Under the pieces are notes generated by a model. That model had not been told where the DNA came from. It saw only the letters and a list, made by a program, of their open reading frames with translations, and made no database searches. Of a DNA stretch of 50,567 bases, positions 18,469-27,877 are shown in pieces (the stretch's first letter is position 1; each line of letters starts with the position of its first letter). The translations under genes and the position numbers were made by a program. Origin of the DNA: Verrucomicrobiales bacterium (GTDB lineage: Bacteria; Verrucomicrobiota; Verrucomicrobiia; Verrucomicrobiales; DEV007); contig JBDQJG010000001.1 of NCBI GenBank assembly GCA_040263955.1, positions 1-50,567 of the forward strand, read 5' to 3'.

Positions 18469-20070
18469 ATGAAGACCAAACAGCTTCTCACCCTGCTCAT
18501 TCTCCTCGGCGCACTCGGCGCCGCGGCTCTCGTACTGAGAACCCGCAAAGAGAGCCAGACCGGCGATCGCGGATCTTCCACAATCTACCGGGATCTGGTA
18601 TTCCCTGATCTCGACGTCAACGCGGTGACCGCGGTAACCATTACCGATTTCGAGGGCAGCGTGCACATGGCGAAGACCGAAGCGGGTTGGTCCCTGACTG
18701 AAAGAGATGGCTACGGCGTCGATTTCGGCAAGCTGAGCGACCTGGTCCAGACTCTCGGCAGGCTCAAGATCACGCAGGGTATGCCTGTTCCCGATTCGGC
18801 CCTCGGACGTGTCGCTCTACTCGACCCGCAGGGTGGTGAAACCACACCGGAAACCGCCGCCAAACGCATTGACCTGCATGGCGGCCCCGGAACGACCTCC
18901 CTGGCATCGCTGCTCATTGGCAAGTCTCCCGGTTCTGCCAACGACTCCTTTGGCCAGGGCAAAATCGTGAAGGCGAACTCCGATACCGGCATGGCCTGGA
19001 TAGTCGACGAACAATTCAGTAATGCCTCGACCGAGCCGAGAGACTGGCTGAGCCAGGACTTCTTCGCTGTCGACGGTCTGCGCTCCATCAGCTTCACCGC
19101 GCCGGTCGAGGAAGACTCATGGTCGGCTCGACGGACCGATGAGAATAGTGACTTCCTTATCGATGATCCCGGCCCGGATATGCAGACGGACGCATCCAAG
19201 CTCAGTGCCTTCAAATATCTTCTCGGCTCCCCCGGCTTCGAGGACGTCCTCAATAAGGACGAGGCAACCTCGATCGATTTCGCACAGGGTGGTTGCCGCG
19301 CCACGCTGAAGACTTTCGATGGCTTCACATACGACCTCGACATTCTACCGGAAGTCGCCAAACCGGAGAACGATGAACAGGCACCAAGAACGCTTGGTTA
19401 TTTCCTGAAGGTCGCTGTCGCCGGAAGTTTCAAGGAAACACGTGAACCGGCAGAGGACGAAAGCGAGGAAGTCAAAAAAGCCGCGGACGAAGCCTTTGCC
19501 GCGGAACTCGAGGCCCTCAAAACCAAGCTCTCTACTGAGCAGCAACTTGCAGGTAACATCTACCGGGTCTCCGAATACACCCTCACATCGCTGATCAAGA
19601 AGAAAGCCGAACTGCTCGTTGCCGTCACCGAAAGTGAAGCAACCGAAACGCAAGAGAGTCCCGATCCCGCACCGGCCCTTCAGCCACATCCTGAGCAGGC
19701 CGTCGCGCTCGACCCCGCCGTGGCCTCTGACCAGCGACCCACGCCGCAGCCCGAAAGCGCGCCACCTGCAGGCACAGCCACGCAGTCACCGGACCAACCG
19801 CAGGCCGATGAACAACCGCAACTCCCCACAGCCGACGAGCCACATGGCATAGATCCGAAGCACCCTTCAACGCAGGACCCTCAGACGGAGCCCAAAAACG
19901 AAGCGCCAGTCCAAGCGCCTGCGAAGGAACCTATCGAGGAACCATCGCGGGGATCTTCCTCAAATGGTGCACTCGAGCAGTCTTCGGCAGAGCTAGAAAA
20001 GCCGCAAAACGGGCAGCCACAAGAGCCCGGGAGCTCTGCAGAAGCACCAGCGGACGAAGCCCCGCAGTAA
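18469..20070 (+). CDS. DUF4340-like protein with a long acidic P/E/Q-rich C-terminal tail.
   Basis: N-terminal anchor MKTKQLLTLLILLGALGAAALVL. It occupies the position after the GldG-like gene that is usual for DUF4340. The tail from about 19651 is low complexity. Confidence 0.55.
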   Translation: MKTKQLLTLLILLGALGAAALVLRTRKESQTGDRGSSTIYRDLVFPDLDVNAVTAVTITDFEGSVHMAKTEAGWSLTERDGYGVDFGKLSDLVQTLGRLKITQGMPVPDSALGRVALLDPQGGETTPETAAKRIDLHGGPGTTSLASLLIGKSPGSANDSFGQGKIVKANSDTGMAWIVDEQFSNASTEPRDWLSQDFFAVDGLRSISFTAPVEEDSWSARRTDENSDFLIDDPGPDMQTDASKLSAFKYLLGSPGFEDVLNKDEATSIDFAQGGCRATLKTFDGFTYDLDILPEVAKPENDEQAPRTLGYFLKVAVAGSFKETREPAEDESEEVKKAADEAFAAELEALKTKLSTEQQLAGNIYRVSEYTLTSLIKKKAELLVAVTESEATETQESPDPAPALQPHPEQAVALDPAVASDQRPTPQPESAPPAGTATQSPDQPQADEQPQLPTADEPHGIDPKHPSTQDPQTEPKNEAPVQAPAKEPIEEPSRGSSSNGALEQSSAELEKPQNGQPQEPGSSAEAPADEAPQ

Positions 20071-20131
20071 ACTCTCTGCACACGACGATCACCGCTTGCC
20101 CGCAGCGCGCGAGCCACGCTATGCTCGTGCC

Positions 20132-20929
20132 ATGCCTCTGAGCCGCGAACACGTCCCTCGCATCACGGGTGTCTTGCACCTGCACCCTCTCCCCGGCTCA
20201 CCCCGCTGGGGTGGCGATATGAGTCGCGTCATCGACGCTGCCTGCAAAGACGCCGAAGCCTGGATCGATGGTGGTGCGAATGCCCTGCTGCTGGAAAATT
20301 TCTGCGACACGCCCTTCACACCGGGTCGGGTCGACGCCGAAGTCGTTGCCGCGATGGCGCGTGTTACCTGCGCGATCGGTTCCCTGTGTGGCGATCTGCC
20401 CATCGGCTTCAATGTCCTGCGCAATGATGCACGCTCGGCACTTGGGCTGGCGGCAAGCTGCTCGGGCAGCTTCCTGCGCGTCAATGTCCTTACCGGTGCC
20501 GCAGTCACCGACCAGGGCATTATCGAGGGTGCGGCCCACATTCTGCTCCGCGAGAGGCAACGCCTCGGGCTCGCCGAGACCGTCCAGATCTGGGCCGATG
20601 TTCACGTTAAGCATGCCATGCCGCTCGCCGGCGGTGACATCCGTGACGCGGCCCGTGACACCCTTGCAAGGGGTGGCGCCGATGCTCTCATTCTCTCAGG
20701 TGCTGGAACCGGGTCTCCGGTCGATCACGATCTACTCACACAGGTGCGCGAAACCGTTCCCGAGACCGTGCTGCTGATCGGCAGCGGCGCCGATGTCGAT
20801 TCCATTCCGCAGTTGCTGCGCCTTGCCGACGGCTTGATCATCGGAACCGCCGCCAAGAAAGATGGCGTGATCGCGGCACCGGTTGACCCCGAGCGCGTCC
20901 GCAGACTCGTCAATGCCGTCAACGGATGA
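20132..20929 (+). CDS. BtpA/SgcQ-family TIM-barrel protein.
   Basis: ITGVLHLHPLPGSPRWGG...GGANALLLENFCDTPF is the BtpA family pattern. The ATG at 20132 is preferred over the TTG at 20096. Confidence 0.7.
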   Translation: MPLSREHVPRITGVLHLHPLPGSPRWGGDMSRVIDAACKDAEAWIDGGANALLLENFCDTPFTPGRVDAEVVAAMARVTCAIGSLCGDLPIGFNVLRNDARSALGLAASCSGSFLRVNVLTGAAVTDQGIIEGAAHILLRERQRLGLAETVQIWADVHVKHAMPLAGGDIRDAARDTLARGGADALILSGAGTGSPVDHDLLTQVRETVPETVLLIGSGADVDSIPQLLRLADGLIIGTAAKKDGVIAAPVDPERVRRLVNAVNG

Positions 20930-20948
20930 ACACCAGAATCTTCCAAGG

Positions 20949-21560
20949 CTATCCCTTGAAGACGATAAATTTCCTGCACACGTAGTTCACCAGAACCGAA
21001 GTGATGATCAGGCTGAGTTGCGACAGCCAGGTAGCAATTCCGAACCACTTGATAAGCAGCGGACCACCGATCAGCCCTGCCCCGAAGCTGATCCCCGAGA
21101 CAGCGGTGAAATAGACGAACTCTCTGAGCCGTGAGTGACGTCCTCCGTGGAATACCCAGACCGCATTCGACAGGTATGCGGCCAGATTACCGGGCACAAA
21201 GGCAATAGCGTTGTTGATTGTCGAATTGCGAAAGCGCATCTGATCGGAAATCGGCTGGCCATCCACGATCATTCCGTCGAGCGCGGGATTCACCCAGCGG
21301 GAGAGAATCAGCCACGTGCCGAGTGTCACGAAAGTGGCCATCCCACCGCATATGCCATACTTCACAAACTGGATGATCGGGTGGGCGTCCTTCGACTTCA
21401 CGTATTGATAAATCGTCGGCAAGTCGTTCTCTTGGCAATACCGCAGGGCTTGCTTCAAGAGTTTGGTCGGTGACTCAGGCATGGCACCGGAGGCTAGGCA
21501 GATTCCGCCCGGAATCAAGTGTCCAGAATCGGCTCCACTTTCAGCTGGCGACGCAACCAC
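20949..21560 (-). CDS. GtrA-family membrane protein.
   Basis: The C-terminus SVLVNYVCRKFIVFKG and four predicted TM segments fit GtrA. The start could be the ATG at 21482. Confidence 0.7.
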   Translation of the reverse strand: MVASPAESGADSGHLIPGGICLASGAMPESPTKLLKQALRYCQENDLPTIYQYVKSKDAHPIIQFVKYGICGGMATFVTLGTWLILSRWVNPALDGMIVDGQPISDQMRFRNSTINNAIAFVPGNLAAYLSNAVWVFHGGRHSRLREFVYFTAVSGISFGAGLIGGPLLIKWFGIATWLSQLSLIITSVLVNYVCRKFIVFKG

Positions 21561-21611
21561 AGCAGAGACAATCCGTGCCTTGCGCGATGTGCCCGCGCCA
21601 GAACAAGCACT

Positions 21612-22076
21612 CTAGCGCCGGCGCAAGGTCACCCTTTTGAGCGGCTTGCGCGAATTCTCGCTCTCCGTCGTAACGCCCGGATCCTCGCGCAATGCCTCGT
21701 GAACCAACCGGCGAAAATACGCATTGAGCGGCCGGGTGGCCTGGGCTTTTCCCGAATAGCGGACTTTCTCAGCAAGCTCGCCGATCTGCCCGAGAAACCG
21801 CTCCTCCTGCATCAACCGGTAGTGCCCGGCATCGACGCGCACCCTCCCCACATCGCCGAAGCGCGCATGCAGGAGACGATTGACCAGGTACTGGATATCA
21901 TCGAGCCGCTCTCCTCGCTTGCCGATAAGGAGTTGATTCTCGCCTGAAAAAATCTGCAGATGAATCAGTTCTTCCTGTGTCTCGCGCTCGATTTTCACCA
22001 CGAAACCAAGATAACCGAGCAACGTCTCGAGGATTTCTGCGGCTGCTGCGCCGATTTCGACCTGATCGCTCACCAC
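21612..22076 (-). CDS. Jag/KhpB-like RNA-binding protein (KH plus R3H domains).
   Basis: LIGKRGERLDDIQYLVN is KH-like. PLNAYFRRLVHEAL is an R3H motif. The start is uncertain (GTG/TTG cluster at 22073-22079). The longer ORF to 22322 overlaps the upstream gene. Confidence 0.6.
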   Translation of the reverse strand: MVSDQVEIGAAAAEILETLLGYLGFVVKIERETQEELIHLQIFSGENQLLIGKRGERLDDIQYLVNRLLHARFGDVGRVRVDAGHYRLMQEERFLGQIGELAEKVRYSGKAQATRPLNAYFRRLVHEALREDPGVTTESENSRKPLKRVTLRRR

Positions 22077-22201
22077 CAACCATGCACCCACGCGCAACCG
22101 CTGACAAATACCAAACGGCACCCTCCTGTCGCTACCGGTCCGGCACGCGCCACCCGCGCTAACCGCCAGCGCCCCCCTCGCCTTGCATTCAATCAGGCCA
22201 G

Positions 22202-22729
22202 CTACTTGAGCAACACCACGAAAACAAGATTCCCCTGCCTCCAGCGGGGCCCCTCGATAAACAGGGGTGATCCGGGAACCAGCACCACATCGGTCTTCAT
22301 AATCACATCCTTGTTCCGCCACAGCTGCAGACCAAGAAGGACTCCACCTCCCGCGGCCGGCCCCTTGGAATCGAGCTTGATGAACAGCTCACGCGAGGGA
22401 ACAAGCCACGATTCATACTGCTTGAATACACCCTGGTCATGCTCACCCAGAACGTGAAAAGCCTTTCCTGTGAAGACCTTGCTCAAGCGCATTCGCAAAT
22501 CATCTTCCGCCTCGCGACCCAACGAGATGACCGCCGCTTCGCCACTACCTGCCTCCGTGTCATCACCAGCTTCGAACGCGTAGACCAGGCCTCCCCAGAC
22601 TTCGGCATCTGTCTCGGCGGGTTGCGCAGCACAAAGGGTAATCGGAAACAGGACGACCGCCGACAACAACGAAGCCGATCGCAAAACTGCGAAAAATTGA
22701 AGGCGCATGATGAAGAAACTTGAATCCAT
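22202..22729 (-). CDS. Hypothetical secreted protein, third gene of the ECF sigma operon.
   Basis: Signal-like N-terminus (MRLQFFAVLRSASLLSAVVLFPITLCAAQ). Its ATG shares one base with the anti-sigma TGA (TGATG at 22731-22727). Confidence 0.45.
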   Translation of the reverse strand: MDSSFFIMRLQFFAVLRSASLLSAVVLFPITLCAAQPAETDAEVWGGLVYAFEAGDDTEAGSGEAAVISLGREAEDDLRMRLSKVFTGKAFHVLGEHDQGVFKQYESWLVPSRELFIKLDSKGPAAGGGVLLGLQLWRNKDVIMKTDVVLVPGSPLFIEGPRWRQGNLVFVVLLK

Positions 22730-23424
22730 CAGTTCAAGGACTGGAAAAAATCCGGATATTTTCCATCTGCCCCGGTGCCCATCGTCAACAGAAGACGCCC
22801 GGCACCATCGCGCAGTTCGATCGGATCACCGACCTCAGCCGGACGATGATCGACTGCCGCGTGACCTGCAATTTCCCTGTCGGAGGGAATTTCCTCCAAC
22901 CCAACCAGCCGAATCACCGTCGCTCCCGCATCACGGGAAAAGAACGTATCGGCCCGAACTCCATCCACCGGAGTGTAGGTCGTCTGCACACTGCTGTGAC
23001 CCGGCGCCGCCGACAGAGCCACCGATCCCTCCGAGCCGACAGAGCCACGATCATGAAGACCCAGAAACAGTGCCGCCAGAAGCGATGCGGTGGCGATGGC
23101 CCATGGCACGAACGGCAGGGAAAACCGGCCGAAGACCGAACGACGAGCCGCCTGCCCGGCAGCCTGACCACGCCCCCGCGCCTGCCCGGTTTCACCATGC
23201 TCGATCTGCCTGAGGATGTGGGCATTGAAAAAGTCTGGGGAAGGCGGCTCCTGCTCGGCGGGGAACTGCTCTCGCACTGCTTCGGCCAGGACTCGCAGTG
23301 ATTCGACTTCCCGAAGCAAGTCTGGATCAGTCTCCAGCAGACGCTCGAACGCGTCGCTCTGGGCGGCATCGAGTTCACCGTCGATATATCGGTGCAGAAG
23401 GGCTTCTTTATCGGATGGATTCAT
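22729..23424 (-). CDS. Anti-sigma factor (single-pass membrane protein).
   Basis: The N-terminus LLHRYIDGELDAAQSDAFERLLETDPDLLREVESLR is typical of anti-sigma factors. One TM segment (WAIATASLLAALFLGL). It overlaps the sigma gene by 17 nt. Confidence 0.6.
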   Translation of the reverse strand: MNPSDKEALLHRYIDGELDAAQSDAFERLLETDPDLLREVESLRVLAEAVREQFPAEQEPPSPDFFNAHILRQIEHGETGQARGRGQAAGQAARRSVFGRFSLPFVPWAIATASLLAALFLGLHDRGSVGSEGSVALSAAPGHSSVQTTYTPVDGVRADTFFSRDAGATVIRLVGLEEIPSDREIAGHAAVDHRPAEVGDPIELRDGAGRLLLTMGTGADGKYPDFFQSLN

Positions 23425-24058
23425 AGGTTTTTTTCAGCGTGGACTGGAGTTTTTTGCGGGCATAAAACAGGCGGGACATCACGGTTCCAATGGAACTGTC
23501 GGTGATCTCGGCGATTTCCTCATAGCTGAGGCCCTCGACCTCGCGCAAAAGAATTGCGATGCGATGATCCTGTGAAAGCTGATCGATGGCGGCGGTTATC
23601 TCCGCGCCCAGTTCACGATAGGTCGCGGCTTGGTCCGGGCGCTGCAGACCGCGCGGCGCAGTCGGGGCATGGGCTGCAATCTGGTCGGCGTGTAGCATAT
23701 CATCGAATTCCTCCCCTTCTCGCAGGCGTTGTCTGCGCATCCAGTCATAGCAGACATTATGGGTGATCCGATAGAGCCAGGTGTAGAAACCAGCCTCCCG
23801 CTTGAACCTGGGCAACGCCTTCCACGCCTTGATGAAGGCCTCCTGCGCAAGGTCCCAGGCATCCGCCTCACTGCGCACCATGTTTACGGCCAGGGCATAC
23901 ACCTTTCCCCGGTAGCGCGTGACCAACTGATCAAAGGCCTGAGTGTCCCCGTTGGCCGCCAGGTCTACAAGCTCCGCATCGGTGTGCTCATGGGAACTCG
24001 TCTGCGACGAAGAAATGGGAATGGTCATGAAACAGAACTGGGTACAGAGAGCCTGCAT
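23408..24058 (-). CDS. ECF-type RNA polymerase sigma-70 family factor.
   Basis: Region 2 reads YALAVNMVRSEADAWDLAQEAFIKAW. Region 4 reads EVEGLSYEEIAEITDSSIGTVMSRLFYARKKL. The start may be the ATG at 24028. Confidence 0.85.
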   Translation of the reverse strand: MQALCTQFCFMTIPISSSQTSSHEHTDAELVDLAANGDTQAFDQLVTRYRGKVYALAVNMVRSEADAWDLAQEAFIKAWKALPRFKREAGFYTWLYRITHNVCYDWMRRQRLREGEEFDDMLHADQIAAHAPTAPRGLQRPDQAATYRELGAEITAAIDQLSQDHRIAILLREVEGLSYEEIAEITDSSIGTVMSRLFYARKKLQSTLKKTYESIR

Positions 24059-24165
24059 CTGGACTCTTTTGGACGCACAAGGATCGAATGCTATTCAAAC
24101 TTTCACGATGATCTTCACGCTCCCGCAGGCAACTGAAACAATTTGAGGTAATTTCCTGCCACGCA

Positions 24166-24999
24166 TCATTGCTCGCCCTCGCTTTGCGTCTTCTGGCTGC
24201 GATAACCCCAGACGAGATAGATGACCACTGAACCGGCGGATACGAAGGTGATGAAAGCGACCGCGAATGATGTGCCCCAATGATTGCTGAACAGGCTCAG
24301 GCGATAGAGATCCGGCTCCCGGGACAGGAGCGGCAAGGCACCGGGCAATCCGTTGGCAGCCGAGACAAGGATAGCGACAGCCCAGAAATACCAACGCCAG
24401 AGATCATACTCGCGAGCAGCGTAGGGATGCGGCAGATGCGTGCGCCGCGTATGACACCACCCCCAGTAGATATAGAGAATGACGGCGAACCCCAGAGCAC
24501 TGGTCAGAAGATTGAGCACTACGAACAATGGAATGTTCCCCCGAACCGGACACCAGTGCGGCAACGGCAACGCGGCGCGCAATGCGGAAATCGACTGCAC
24601 GAAGTGTCCATCCACCTGGGTGAACGCATCCCACAGCAGGTGACAGAAGCTGCCTAACAGGATGCCCGCCACCATCGATGCGACACCCCCAGGATTCAGG
24701 GCAAGACGATTGAGCGCGAGACTTTCCCCGACAAACTGCCGGTGCGGATTGGGCAACGCGAAAAAAATCGGTCTTCTGAGCAGGTGATAGAAAAACAGCA
24801 TGACAAGGCCGATCGGGAGAACCGTCGTCACGATACCCGACCACGAATGCGCGCGGTCAGCCAACGCAGCGCGATTGGTCCACTCGCCAATGTCGGGAGC
24901 CAGCGAACCAACCAGCAGAGCAGGCAGGTCAACCACACCACTGCGAAAAAGCCGGTGAAAACCGGGAACAATGGTCGGGTGAGCGATGGTGAGGGCCAC
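24166..24999 (-). CDS. DUF4184-like polytopic membrane protein.
   Basis: MALTIAHPTIV...LLVGSLAPDI resembles the DUF4184 N-terminus (PFTxSHP...GSMxPD). Multiple TM helices. Confidence 0.5.
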   Translation of the reverse strand: MALTIAHPTIVPGFHRLFRSGVVDLPALLVGSLAPDIGEWTNRAALADRAHSWSGIVTTVLPIGLVMLFFYHLLRRPIFFALPNPHRQFVGESLALNRLALNPGGVASMVAGILLGSFCHLLWDAFTQVDGHFVQSISALRAALPLPHWCPVRGNIPLFVVLNLLTSALGFAVILYIYWGWCHTRRTHLPHPYAAREYDLWRWYFWAVAILVSAANGLPGALPLLSREPDLYRLSLFSNHWGTSFAVAFITFVSAGSVVIYLVWGYRSQKTQSEGEQ

Positions 25000-25061
25000 G
25001 GTTCAGAAATGTTGATGGAGTGAGAAAACAAACAACCAAAGCCATGCTGTGCTCGGCACAA

Positions 25062-25769
25062 TCAATCCACAGTCAAAGCCTTACCATTACAACAAACATC
25101 CAGCGCGGCAAGAAACGGAACAGCACGCCCGGCCCAGGTTTCAGCATCCTCGTAAGCGCCTGCACCCGCACCGAGACACTCGCGCAACATCGCCGTATCA
25201 ATGATTCCCGGATTCAGAGCGACAGCAGCCATTCCGGCAGGTAGCTCCTGCGCGAGGGCTGCGGAGAGCCCCTCAACGGCATACTTGGTGGCACAATAAG
25301 GCGCCACCTCCGGAGAGGTCGAGCGTCCCCACCCCGAGCTGAAATTGACAATGATCCCGCTGCCTCGCCCTGCCATAACCGGGAGAAAACAACGAATCAC
25401 GGATATCATACCCCGCACATTGACATCCAGAATTTGAGAAATCTCCTCATCAGACTGTTCCCACAGGGGCGCGCACCGGTTGATGATCGCCGCGTTATTG
25501 ATCAACAGATCCGGGGCGCCGAACTTCTTTACCGCAGCGCTTACGAAACCCTCCACAGCCTCGGGATCAGCCACGTCACAATTCGAAAAAAAGATCCGGT
25601 TTTCGCTGCAACCGGCCCCTGCAGAAATACTCGGCTCCGGCGAAGAACGGGCGCAAGCGCTTACCCTCCAACCGTCGCGCAAAAACCGCCGCACCATTGC
25701 CAGACCAAGCCCACGGGAAGCCCCAGTGATACAGACATGACGGCAGGAGGATTCCACGGCAATGGACAA
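25062..25769 (-). CDS. SDR-family oxidoreductase.
   Basis: The motifs ITGASRGLG, NNAA and YCATK (YxxxK) are present. Confidence 0.85.
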   Translation of the reverse strand: MSIAVESSCRHVCITGASRGLGLAMVRRFLRDGWRVSACARSSPEPSISAGAGCSENRIFFSNCDVADPEAVEGFVSAAVKKFGAPDLLINNAAIINRCAPLWEQSDEEISQILDVNVRGMISVIRCFLPVMAGRGSGIIVNFSSGWGRSTSPEVAPYCATKYAVEGLSAALAQELPAGMAAVALNPGIIDTAMLRECLGAGAGAYEDAETWAGRAVPFLAALDVCCNGKALTVD

Positions 25770-25866
25770 AAAGATAAAAACGTCACCGGATTGACCGATG
25801 GGACGTATTCCATAATGCTGTATACAGTCAGGACATAAAACGAAAAATACCCCGCCGAATCAACTC

Positions 25867-27078
25867 ATGACACCCTCGGACTCCACGACCAGCGAAACGC
25901 CCTCCGACACACTGCCGATCGAACTCGATCCTGCCAAAAGACATTTTCCGGATTTCGATCTCGCGCGCCTGCTGCGCACCGTGTTCCTGCCAACTGAAGG
26001 AAAGCGTATCTGCATTCTTATCGATCTCGAAAACGGCCCCGATGAGGCTCGCGAACATGCTTTCCTCGACAATCCCGACTACGCCATCCAGCGTCATGCG
26101 TTCAATGACTTCTACCAACCCCTCCACGCCGGCGTCATGCAACGCCTGGGCTTGACCGGTGGCGAGATGTTCGCCTACCCCATGACGCACGGCAGCAATC
26201 TCGATCTGCCCGACATCGCCTGGGACATGAACGGCAACGAACTGAGTCTGGAGCGCGACATCTACCCCCGCTACGACATCATCCTGTGTATCTCCACCTT
26301 CTCGGCCACCGCTCCGCTCACCGCTCATGCGAAAACTTTCGGCTTTCGCGGTGCCACCATGCACGGTGTCAATCCCACCATTCTGAGCACCGGTCTGGCC
26401 GTCGACTACGAGCAGGTCAGCGCCGATGCCGAAAAGCTTCGCCTGGCACTGACCGGCGCCGATTCGATCGAGATCGACTTCGCCCTCGAAGATGGTTCCA
26501 TCCTGCAGGCTACGCTCGAACTCGACGGTCAGGAAGCACAGAAATCACACGGACTCTGCCGTGGTGACGCTCCGGACATCGCCAATCTGCCTGCCGGGGA
26601 AGTCTACTTCGTACCATGCTCCGCAGAGGGTGAATTTCCGCTCAAATACGAGGACGGCACCCTCGGCCGGCTCACGGTACGGGACGGCAGGATCACCCGA
26701 TCGCAACTCATTGCCGGAGACCAGCAGACCATCGACGAGCACAACCAGAGCCTCGCCGACGACCCGATGACCGGGGTTCTCGGGGAACTGGGTTTCGGCA
26801 CCCAGGTGCTGCCGGTTTCCTATTCCGACATCCAAGATGAGAAGGTGCTGGGGACCTGCCATCTCGCCACCGGGCGCGATGACCACCTCGGCGGCCACAT
26901 CGTGCCCTCGATGTTCAAGCGACACGAGAATGCCACCCACGACGATATTCTCTTCGCACCCCACAAAACACCGAATTTCGACATCCGGGAAGTGCGCATG
27001 AAACGCGGTGACCAGCAGGAGATCCTGATCCGGCACTTCCGCCCCTGCGACTACCTCCTCGATGCGCTGCGATCCTGA
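25867..27078 (+). CDS. M29 (aminopeptidase T/AmpS)-like metallopeptidase family protein.
   Basis: NLPAGEVYF, GELGFGT, CHLATG and THDDILF resemble the E/E/H/H-x-D metal-ligand blocks of family M29. This rests on motif recall only. Confidence 0.45.
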   Translation: MTPSDSTTSETPSDTLPIELDPAKRHFPDFDLARLLRTVFLPTEGKRICILIDLENGPDEAREHAFLDNPDYAIQRHAFNDFYQPLHAGVMQRLGLTGGEMFAYPMTHGSNLDLPDIAWDMNGNELSLERDIYPRYDIILCISTFSATAPLTAHAKTFGFRGATMHGVNPTILSTGLAVDYEQVSADAEKLRLALTGADSIEIDFALEDGSILQATLELDGQEAQKSHGLCRGDAPDIANLPAGEVYFVPCSAEGEFPLKYEDGTLGRLTVRDGRITRSQLIAGDQQTIDEHNQSLADDPMTGVLGELGFGTQVLPVSYSDIQDEKVLGTCHLATGRDDHLGGHIVPSMFKRHENATHDDILFAPHKTPNFDIREVRMKRGDQQEILIRHFRPCDYLLDALRS

Positions 27079-27100
27079 CAGAGACGCTGGGTCGCTTGCC

Positions 27101-27823
27101 ATGAACATCTACGAGACAGCCGATTCGGTCGCGCAATACCTGCATTTTCACTATGGTGGCGGCACCCATGACAAGGCAGCGCCTTTCATTACCGAACACG
27201 CGGCATTCAATTTTGCCGCGCAGACAGTGGCACGGCTGATCGATCCTGATGATTCCCGGCCACGGCGCGCCCTCGACCTCGGTTGCTCGGTGGGCCGAAG
27301 CACTCTGGAGCTCTCAAGGCACGCGGACTCGGTCATCGGATCGGACCTCTCCGCGGCATTCATCGACGCCGCCCGCAGGATCGCCGCGGGTGAGCAGCTC
27401 AGCTACCGACTGACACATGATGGCGGTCGAGTCACCGAGCACCACGCCCGCCTTCCCGCCGGGGTCGATCCCGGGCACATCGAATTCCGCGTCTGCGATG
27501 CGCTCGCGGAATCAGGTAGTTACGACATCGTGCACGCCTCCAACCTGCTGTGCCGCGTGCCGAATCCCGACCGACTGCTCGAGCAACTCCCCGACCTGGT
27601 CGCACCTGGCGGCCAACTCGCACTCGCCACACCTGGCTCGTGGCTCGAAGAATTCACCCCACGCGCCAACTGGCCCGACCTCGCTTTGCTCGACTACCTC
27701 GAGGCCCACCTCACGCCACGCATGAAACTGGTCCGAACCGTCGATCTACCATTCGTTATCCGGGAACACGATCGCAAATTCCAACTGGGAGTCTCACTGG
27801 GAACCTGTTGGCGCAAACCCTGA
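27101..27823 (+). CDS. SAM-dependent methyltransferase resembling the OvoA C-terminal (putative 4-mercaptohistidine N1-methyltransferase) family.
   Basis: The N-terminus MNIYETADSVAQYLHFHYG, the SAM motif ALDLGCSVGRS, and the blocks SWLEEFT and IREHDRKFQ match that family. The ATG at 27101 is preferred. Confidence 0.6.
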   Translation: MNIYETADSVAQYLHFHYGGGTHDKAAPFITEHAAFNFAAQTVARLIDPDDSRPRRALDLGCSVGRSTLELSRHADSVIGSDLSAAFIDAARRIAAGEQLSYRLTHDGGRVTEHHARLPAGVDPGHIEFRVCDALAESGSYDIVHASNLLCRVPNPDRLLEQLPDLVAPGGQLALATPGSWLEEFTPRANWPDLALLDYLEAHLTPRMKLVRTVDLPFVIREHDRKFQLGVSLGTCWRKP

Positions 27824-27877
27824 TTCCGCTCCGGGGTAGACAGCCGCGATCACAATACCTGCCCCAGCAGGCACCGG

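Noticed and set aside
24059-24165. An ECF-type autoregulated promoter upstream of the sigma gene (TGAATA-N16-CGTC on the minus strand).
   Set aside because: The -35-like element lacks the GGAAC core, so the match is too weak to report as a feature.
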